From NCBI GenBank assembly GCA_021173225.1, contig JAJOLK010000016.1, positions 21,034 to 85,033 of the forward strand: 64,000 nucleotides of DNA, given 5' to 3'. The DNA is from Phycisphaerales bacterium PN19_bin_20 (lineage in GTDB: Bacteria; Planctomycetota; Phycisphaerae; Phycisphaerales; UBA1924). Shown here piece after piece: positions 58,361 to 64,000 of the stretch. Under the pieces are notes generated by a model. The model was given only the letters and a program-made list of their open reading frames with translations. It did not search any database and was not told where the DNA came from. The translations under genes and the position numbers were made by a program. Every line of letters starts with the position of its first letter. Position 1 is the first letter of the stretch.

Positions 58361-59038
58361 ATGGCGTACGGGCTGGACATGTCGTTCTTGCCGGGTCTGG
58401 CTGGGCGTTTTGTGGTCTTTGAGGGGGGCGACGGCTCGGGCAAGAGCACTCAGCTGCGGTTATTGGTGGCGGAACTTGAGCGTGCGGGGGTGGTGTTTCG
58501 GCAGGTCCGTGAGCCAGGGGGGACGCCGGTGGGCGACAAAATCCGCGAGGCGCTGCTGACGCGTGAGATCGCGGAGATGACGGTGCGTTGCGAGATGCTG
58601 CTGTACATGGCGAGCCGGGCCGAGCTGTGCGAGAGCGTGATTTTGCCTGCGCTGCGCGCCGGTGAGCTGGTGCTGGCGGACCGGTTTGTCAGCTCTACGC
58701 TGGCGTATCAGGGGGCCGCCGGGGGGCTGCCGGCGGTGGACATCGCGGCGGTGGCGCGAGTCGCTACGCGCGGGCTAATGCCCGACCTAGTCGTGCTGTT
58801 TGATGTCGATACCGACGCGGCCGCGCGGCGCCTGAGCCCACTGCTGGACCGGATGGAGGCCAAGGGGGCCGAGTTTCACAGGCGGGTTCGGCGGGGCTAT
58901 CTTGAGCAAGCGCGCAGTGATCCGCGGCGGTACGCGGTGCTGGACGCCTCGAAGCCGCCGGAGCATGTGTGGCGACAACTTTGCGTGGCGCTGGCGGAGC
59001 GCTGCCGCGGGTGGGCTGGTGGGCAAGATCGGGCCTGA
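58361..59038 (+). CDS. tmk: Thymidylate kinase
   Basis: GRFVVFEGGDGSGKSTQ (P-loop), REPGGTPVGDKIR, DRFVSSTLAYQG. ATG 58361; the track start at 58325 is a TTG. Confidence 0.9.
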   Translation: MAYGLDMSFLPGLAGRFVVFEGGDGSGKSTQLRLLVAELERAGVVFRQVREPGGTPVGDKIREALLTREIAEMTVRCEMLLYMASRAELCESVILPALRAGELVLADRFVSSTLAYQGAAGGLPAVDIAAVARVATRGLMPDLVVLFDVDTDAAARRLSPLLDRMEAKGAEFHRRVRRGYLEQARSDPRRYAVLDASKPPEHVWRQLCVALAERCRGWAGGQDRA

Positions 59039-59775
59039 TGACCAACGCGATGAACAGCTCAGGGATCTACGAATCAACGCTTGGGTGGTGGGCGGTCTAT
59101 GGGCTGCTGGTGCTGGCGGCGTTTTTGAGCGGATCGGTGCCGTGGGCGCTGGTGGTGGGCAAGGTCGTCCGCGGGGTGGATGTTCGCGAGCTCGGCAGCC
59201 GGAATATTGGCGCGACCAACGCGGTGCGTGTGCTGGGTCGGCCGCTGGGGTTTACCGTCTTTGTGCTGGACGCGCTGAAGGGGACGGCCCCGGTGCTGGG
59301 GGCTGGATGGTGGCTTGGGACGCTGACGCGATGGTACAGCAGCGCCGAGCCGCAGCCTTGGCTGACATGGGCCTGGCTGGTGGTGGTGGTGGCGGCGGTG
59401 CTCGGGCACGTGTTCAGCCCGTGGGTGAGGTTCAAGGGTGGCAAGGGCGTGGCGACGGGGTTTGGATCGCTGGCGGGCGTGTGGCCGACGGTGACGCTTG
59501 CGGCGCTGGGCGCGCTTGTACTCTGGCTTCTGCTGGCCAGAACAACGCGGTATGTGAGCGTGGCGAGCATGGCGGCGTCGGCGGCGCTGGCGGCCTTGAT
59601 CTACGCGATCCCGGCGCTGACGGGCGTAGACAATCCGCTCGGGCGGGTTTGGCCTGAGCTTCTGGTGGCCAGCGTGCTGGTGTGCCTGGTGATCATCAAG
59701 CACCGCCCGAACATCGCCCGGCTGCGGGCGGGGACCGAGCCGCGGATTGGCCAGCGAGTCGCATCGCCGCGCTGA
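59038..59775 (+). CDS. plsY: Glycerol-3-phosphate acyltransferase PlsY
   Basis: FLSGSVPWALVVGK, GSRNIGATNAVRVLG, LDALKGTAPV, LGHVFSPWVRFKGGKGVATGFG. The start overlaps the tmk stop (TGATG). Confidence 0.9.
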   Translation: MTNAMNSSGIYESTLGWWAVYGLLVLAAFLSGSVPWALVVGKVVRGVDVRELGSRNIGATNAVRVLGRPLGFTVFVLDALKGTAPVLGAGWWLGTLTRWYSSAEPQPWLTWAWLVVVVAAVLGHVFSPWVRFKGGKGVATGFGSLAGVWPTVTLAALGALVLWLLLARTTRYVSVASMAASAALAALIYAIPALTGVDNPLGRVWPELLVASVLVCLVIIKHRPNIARLRAGTEPRIGQRVASPR

Positions 59776-60002
59776 GGGTGCGGCCGCATTGATCACTGGA
59801 CGCAGGGGGAAACCCCGAACACCTTGCTGGGTGGGCAAGGTCCGCGAGCGCGTAGGCGTACAAACCGGGCGTGAAGTTGTGCGAGTTCTGCGGCGGCCCG
59901 CGCGCGGAAGGTCCATGTTCTGTCAAGAATTTCTGCAAGTCAGCGGCGTGCGCTTCATCGCGGTGCACGAAGCACCGATCCAACTTGGCACGGGAGTGTG
60001 CC

Positions 60003-60344
60003 ATGCATCATCTTCGTTTGGTTGACAGTCAGGATGCCGAGGTGCTCGAGGGCGTGGGCCCATCGGGGGCCGCGGGCGATAAGGCGGTTGCGGGTCCGCA
60101 GGCGGTAGTGCCTCTGGCGACGCTGCCGTTCCCGACCGCGGCGGTGCACGTGCTGAACCGCGAGCGGATCGGGCGTTTGACGACGCCGGTGCAGAACGCC
60201 GAGGCCTCGCTCTCACAGCTTGAGGCGGGGATCAACAAGCACCTTGAGCGCGCGCAGCAGCTGGTCAATCAGCTGCACGAGGACGTTGAGAACTTCAAGT
60301 TCCCAGCGCCAGATAACACGCCGCCGAGCGGGCGCGCGGCCTGA
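60003..60344 (+). CDS. Hypothetical protein (113 aa)
   Basis: ATG at 60003 (MHHLRLVDSQ...). The C-terminal helical segment is SLSQLEAGINKHLERAQQLVNQLHEDVENFKFP. No family recognised. Confidence 0.45.
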   Translation: MHHLRLVDSQDAEVLEGVGPSGAAGDKAVAGPQAVVPLATLPFPTAAVHVLNRERIGRLTTPVQNAEASLSQLEAGINKHLERAQQLVNQLHEDVENFKFPAPDNTPPSGRAA

Positions 60345-60417
60345 GGGCGGCTGGCGCCGAGACCAGCGGCGCGGCGAGCTTGCTGCCGGCGAGTTGGCCC
60401 TGGGGTCCGGGGTGCTC

Positions 60418-62502
60418 ATGGTCGGGCGGGTACGCTTGCCCATGCGCCTTGTTACTCGCAAGATCTGGCGTGCGTTCCCGGAGCTTGACCGGTTCGACGA
60501 CAAGCACGCGTCGGCGTTTGTCCGCGCGGCGGGGCGCTCGCTGTGGGCCCTGACTGTGCGCTGGGTGGCGACGCTGGGCACCGGCCTGGTACTGATCGTG
60601 CCGGCGCTGGCGCTGGCGATCTCGTTGGGTGGGCGGGGTGGGACGGGCATCACGCTGGCGTGGGTGCTGGGCTTCTGCGTCTTGAGCCTTGTGGCCTTCG
60701 GCTCAGCGATGCTGGTTCGTGACACGCTGCTGCGTAGGCGTGTGCGGCGGGTGATTGCCCTGCGCGGGACGTGCATCAACTGCCGGTACGTGCTGCTGGG
60801 CATGCCGGTGGGCGCTGATCTCAAGATTCACTGCCCTGAGTGCGGCTTTGTGACCACCGCCGACCCGGCAATGAACGAGCTGGTCATGGACGCTGGCGGG
60901 CAGGTGACATATCGCCCGGCGCAGGGAGCCGACGACCCGGTTCGCGCGGCGCGGCGTGCGCGACGCCGGCTTCGGTGGCGGCGCGGCCTGCTGTCTGGCG
61001 TGGTTGGCCTAGTCATGGTGGCAGGCGGCACTTTGCTGACGATCTATTTGCAGATGCTCATCGACGCGCGTGCGGCACGCGCCGCGCGAAACTTCGACAA
61101 GGACGCGGCGGCGCTGATGGCCAGCGCGCAGCCAGCAGGCAGTGAGGCGGCGCCCAACGGCTGGCCGGTGTTCTTGCAGGTCATCTATGACGTGCGCGAG
61201 CGCGAGAGTATGGAGACGGCAGCGCTGGCCAAGAGTGTGCAGTTCGCGGGTGTGCGCGACAACGAGCTCTATCTTGACTACAGCGTGCTGTTCGCGCCGG
61301 AACTGCGCGACTACTCGCAGACTTCTGAGTTTCGCGTGGAGGAGCGCCGAGCGGCCGACGACGCGCGCCGGAAGCTTGCGATGGCGATGATTGAGCGTCT
61401 GCGGACCACGGGTGAGCTGGCGAAGCTGGACCAGCTACGGACAATCACGCGGGTGGAGGGCGACATGGTGGTGCCGCCGGGCGGGAACGCCATCAACGTG
61501 ATGCTGCCGCACTTGGCCGCGGCGCGGAACGTCGCCCGGTTGAGCGCGGCGCGGATGGGGCTGGCGTTGGCGGCGAAGGACAAGGCCGAGTACCTCGCGG
61601 CGCTGGATCAAAACCTAGCGATGGCGCGGATCCTTGAAACACAGCCGACGCTGATTTCGTTGCTGGTAGCGTTTGCGATCGACAGCCTGGGGGCCGGGCG
61701 CGTCCGCGCCCACCTGATGTCGATACCCGACGAGGGGTGGATCAAGGATGTACAGGGCGTGCTGGAGGCGCGTCGGCCGCGCGTGGGTCTTTCGCACGCG
61801 CTGGATGGTGATCGGCTGATATCGCGTGACGTGGTTGAGTGGTTCTTTAGTGATACCACGCGCGTGCGGACGGCGATGCTGACTGGCAAAGTCTTAGGGG
61901 TGAACAGCAGGAACAACCCTCTGCTGGCCCGCATCGGGCGGTACCGCGAGAACATCGAGGCGGTCGACGCGTATGTCGCTCGGGGCAAGGCCGAGACGGA
62001 GAAGTGGCCCTTTGAGCGGGCCAAGCCGATCGCGAGCGATGGGCAGGAAGAGCCGCCGTCGCTGATGCTGATGAAGATGCTTGCCGGGGCGTACGGCAGC
62101 GCGGCGCGGTCACGCGATCAACGGGAAACCGAGCTGCGCGGGACGCGCGTGATGCTGACGCTAGAGCGGTTCAAGCGTCGGACCGGCGCGTACCCCGCGG
62201 GGCTTATCGAGCTTGGCACGGCTGACGGGCTGGTTGTCGGTGATCTGATCGATCCGTATAGCGGACTGGCGTTTGGGTATCGAAGGCTTGACAGGACAGC
62301 GGCAGAGGCGAAGGTGACGCGGGGCCCGAGTGGCCGTAGTTTGCCGCGGTTGCTAAGCGATGTGGAGGCGACGCGATATGACTACCTGCTGTGGTCTGTG
62401 GGTGCTGACAGAACAGACAACGCCGGCACGCATGCCACGAGCTTTGGCGCGTTGCGTACGGACGGCGCGAACTTCGACCATGTGATCAACAACGCCGAGT
62501 AG
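60418..62502 (+). CDS. Membrane protein with a zinc-ribbon loop (CINCRYVLLG...CPECG) and a large C-terminal helical domain
   Basis: Two TM segments, then CINCRYVLLGMPVGADLKIHCPECGFVT, an Arg-rich stretch (RRARRRLRWRR) and another TM, followed by a domain of about 480 aa. ATG chosen at 60418. Confidence 0.7.
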   Translation: MVGRVRLPMRLVTRKIWRAFPELDRFDDKHASAFVRAAGRSLWALTVRWVATLGTGLVLIVPALALAISLGGRGGTGITLAWVLGFCVLSLVAFGSAMLVRDTLLRRRVRRVIALRGTCINCRYVLLGMPVGADLKIHCPECGFVTTADPAMNELVMDAGGQVTYRPAQGADDPVRAARRARRRLRWRRGLLSGVVGLVMVAGGTLLTIYLQMLIDARAARAARNFDKDAAALMASAQPAGSEAAPNGWPVFLQVIYDVRERESMETAALAKSVQFAGVRDNELYLDYSVLFAPELRDYSQTSEFRVEERRAADDARRKLAMAMIERLRTTGELAKLDQLRTITRVEGDMVVPPGGNAINVMLPHLAAARNVARLSAARMGLALAAKDKAEYLAALDQNLAMARILETQPTLISLLVAFAIDSLGAGRVRAHLMSIPDEGWIKDVQGVLEARRPRVGLSHALDGDRLISRDVVEWFFSDTTRVRTAMLTGKVLGVNSRNNPLLARIGRYRENIEAVDAYVARGKAETEKWPFERAKPIASDGQEEPPSLMLMKMLAGAYGSAARSRDQRETELRGTRVMLTLERFKRRTGAYPAGLIELGTADGLVVGDLIDPYSGLAFGYRRLDRTAAEAKVTRGPSGRSLPRLLSDVEATRYDYLLWSVGADRTDNAGTHATSFGALRTDGANFDHVINNAE

Positions 62503-62594
62503 CGGCGGCGGTTGATGCTGTGGTTTGGGGCGCAAGTTGCTGCTGCGTTAGACGCCGCCCACAACGCCTGGCTGGCGGAGCGGGGGTTTGGCGA

Positions 62595-63833
62595 TCAGCA
62601 TCCGGCGATGAACGCGGTGATGAAGACGATGATGTCGTCGGCGGTCAGCTCGCCGTCGGGCCCGACGACCTGGCCCGGGCCGGCAACATCAGCCAGCGCG
62701 GCATTTCCGCTGACAAACGCGCCGACGAAGACGATGATGTCGTCGGCGGTGTACTCGCGGTCAGCACCTGGCACTTGGCCGGCACCGGCGACGTCACCGA
62801 GGCACAGGCGCAGACGGAGCTTGAGCGAGGCGGGGATGGCGAGTGGTGCCTCGGGCGTGCCGCGCGGTGCTTCCTTCGTGAAGAAACGCGGGTAGACGAC
62901 AGGGCCGGCACCGAAGGCGGTGGCGGTGTGCAGGCTGCTGACGAGCAGATTGAGGCGGCCGTTGGTGGCCGCGTCGGCGGCGAGGGCGGCGCGAAGGTAA
63001 GCATCAAAGCCGCGGTTGGGCACGGCGAGCGCGGGGCCGCTGACGCTGAAGGCGAAGCGACCGAGGTTCTGGACGGCGGCACCCGGGGCGAGGGCGAGGC
63101 CTGCGGAATCAAAGGCCTGCCCTACGGCGAGCGGCGCGGGCTCGAAGCTCGTCGGCACGCCCGCGATCAGGCCGGTGACGTTGTTGGAAACGTCGCGGGG
63201 GCTGGCGGCGGGCCCGCCAAAGTCGACGGGGAACGCGTTGCGGACGTTGTACGTCCCGCTGGGCGCATAGGGCGTGTTCTCGGCGTAGGTCGCCGCGGTG
63301 AAGGCGTTGCGGTAGGCGACGGCGTAGAGCTCAATGGGGCGGCCGGCGTCTACGTCAAGCGTGCGGTTGGGGTCGGCGGGCTGGGTCTGGCTGCCGGGGA
63401 AGAGGTAGGTGGTGACGGGGTCCTGCGTGGCGTCGAAGGTGATGGCCTCTGAGGGCGCGGCGACGTTGACAAAGGCCGAAAGCTCGACGAGTTCGGCGCG
63501 GTAACGGCTGAGCGGGAACGGGCCGGTGAGGGTGCCGGTGAGGTCAAAGCCGACGAGGAACTCGCTGTCGCGGTCGTCGAAGACGGTGCCGGTGTCGTTG
63601 GCCCAGAGGGTTGTAAAGGTTGGCGCGCCGGTGGAGCGTCCGCTGAAGTCGCCAAAGGGGTAGACCCAGCGATCGATGGTTGGCGTGGTGATGGTGCGCT
63701 CGATCACGGTGGGCACCGCAGCGAGGGCGGCTGGCGCGCCTGTGGCGGCGAAGAGGGCGGCAACGAGGGTGGAAAAGTTCAAGGCGGAGCGTCTGGAAAC
63801 GGGAGCGCTCGCCGAGGCAATGGGCGTGGTCAT
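62595..63833 (-). CDS. Secreted protein of unknown function with a GC-type twin dockerin-like C-terminus
   Basis: Signal peptide MTTPIASASAPVSRRSALNFSTLVAALFAATGAPAALA. C-terminus CLGDVAGAGQVPGADREYTADDIIVFVGAF...ADVAGPGQVVGPDGELTADDIIVFITAFIAGC. Confidence 0.85.
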   Translation of the reverse strand: MTTPIASASAPVSRRSALNFSTLVAALFAATGAPAALAAVPTVIERTITTPTIDRWVYPFGDFSGRSTGAPTFTTLWANDTGTVFDDRDSEFLVGFDLTGTLTGPFPLSRYRAELVELSAFVNVAAPSEAITFDATQDPVTTYLFPGSQTQPADPNRTLDVDAGRPIELYAVAYRNAFTAATYAENTPYAPSGTYNVRNAFPVDFGGPAASPRDVSNNVTGLIAGVPTSFEPAPLAVGQAFDSAGLALAPGAAVQNLGRFAFSVSGPALAVPNRGFDAYLRAALAADAATNGRLNLLVSSLHTATAFGAGPVVYPRFFTKEAPRGTPEAPLAIPASLKLRLRLCLGDVAGAGQVPGADREYTADDIIVFVGAFVSGNAALADVAGPGQVVGPDGELTADDIIVFITAFIAGC

Positions 63834-63902
63834 CGGTCGTTTTCCTAGGTCGTGGCGGTGTACCACGCGGGCTCGAGTGACGATAGGCCTAACGGGGCTA
63901 GA

Positions 63903-64000
63903 ATGAATGCGATGCGAGGATCTTTTACGCTTTTTCGGCCGAACCCGGGATCTTCTCGGGCCTTCACGCTCGTTGAGCTGCTGGTGGTGGTCGCGATCGT
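63903..64000 (+). CDS. Prepilin-type N-terminal cleavage/methylation domain protein, 5' fragment (continues beyond the window)
   Basis: MNAMRGSFTLFRPNPGSSRAFTLVELLVVVAI... Confidence 0.7.
   Translation, partial: MNAMRGSFTLFRPNPGSSRAFTLVELLVVVAI

Noticed and set aside
59074-59916. 280-aa ORF antisense to plsY
   Set aside because: plsY is motif-certain, and the antisense product is an Arg/Pro/His-rich artefact.

Overview
This is a very GC-rich chromosomal segment (by eye about two-thirds G+C or more; not computed). I call about 47 protein genes and one tRNA-Asp, and found no rRNA, CRISPR array, integrase or transposase. The gene content points to Planctomycetota, probably Phycisphaerae. That is an inference from DUF1559 / H-X9-DG prepilin-like proteins, a PEP-CTERM protein, scattered housekeeping genes and many Pro/Ala/Thr-rich extensions. 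Housekeeping genes recognised by motif are: dnaK (3' end), nuoC, nuoD (not adjacent to nuoC), flhF-flhG, ogt, tlyA-like, gpmI, lysA, beta-carbonic anhydrase, mraZ, peroxiredoxin, yggS, alpha-glucan phosphorylase, rpoN, recR, a YrdC/Sua5-LMW-PTP fusion, rpiB, pepA, clpC, tmk and plsY. The most unusual signal is a family of seven signal-peptide proteins with unrelated N-terminal domains (reprolysin-like protease with PA14, EEP nuclease/phosphatase, lamin-tail domain, NxxGxxAF repeats, unknowns). All seven end in the same twin-repeat module, [C]-x3-D-I-A-G-P-G...DGELTADDIILFI..F...ADIAGPG...DGELTADDIILFIxRFTxGC-stop. The module is 69 aa Cys-to-Cys in five proteins, a same-length Cys-free stretch in one, and 74 aa in one. 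It resembles a dockerin / EF-hand pair; I believe NCBI family models call this a GC-type dockerin, but I cannot verify that here. Three of these genes are consecutive (35858-42535). Other signals are listed below.
- Two families of dispersed intergenic structured repeats.
- A Memo-like enzyme with a PqqD/RRE-like N-terminal domain.
- Two paralogous zinc-ribbon membrane proteins.
- In-frame tandem repeats inside rpoN.
- A monocistronic mraZ.
Most long ORFs in the supplied track that lie antisense to these genes are high-GC artefacts.
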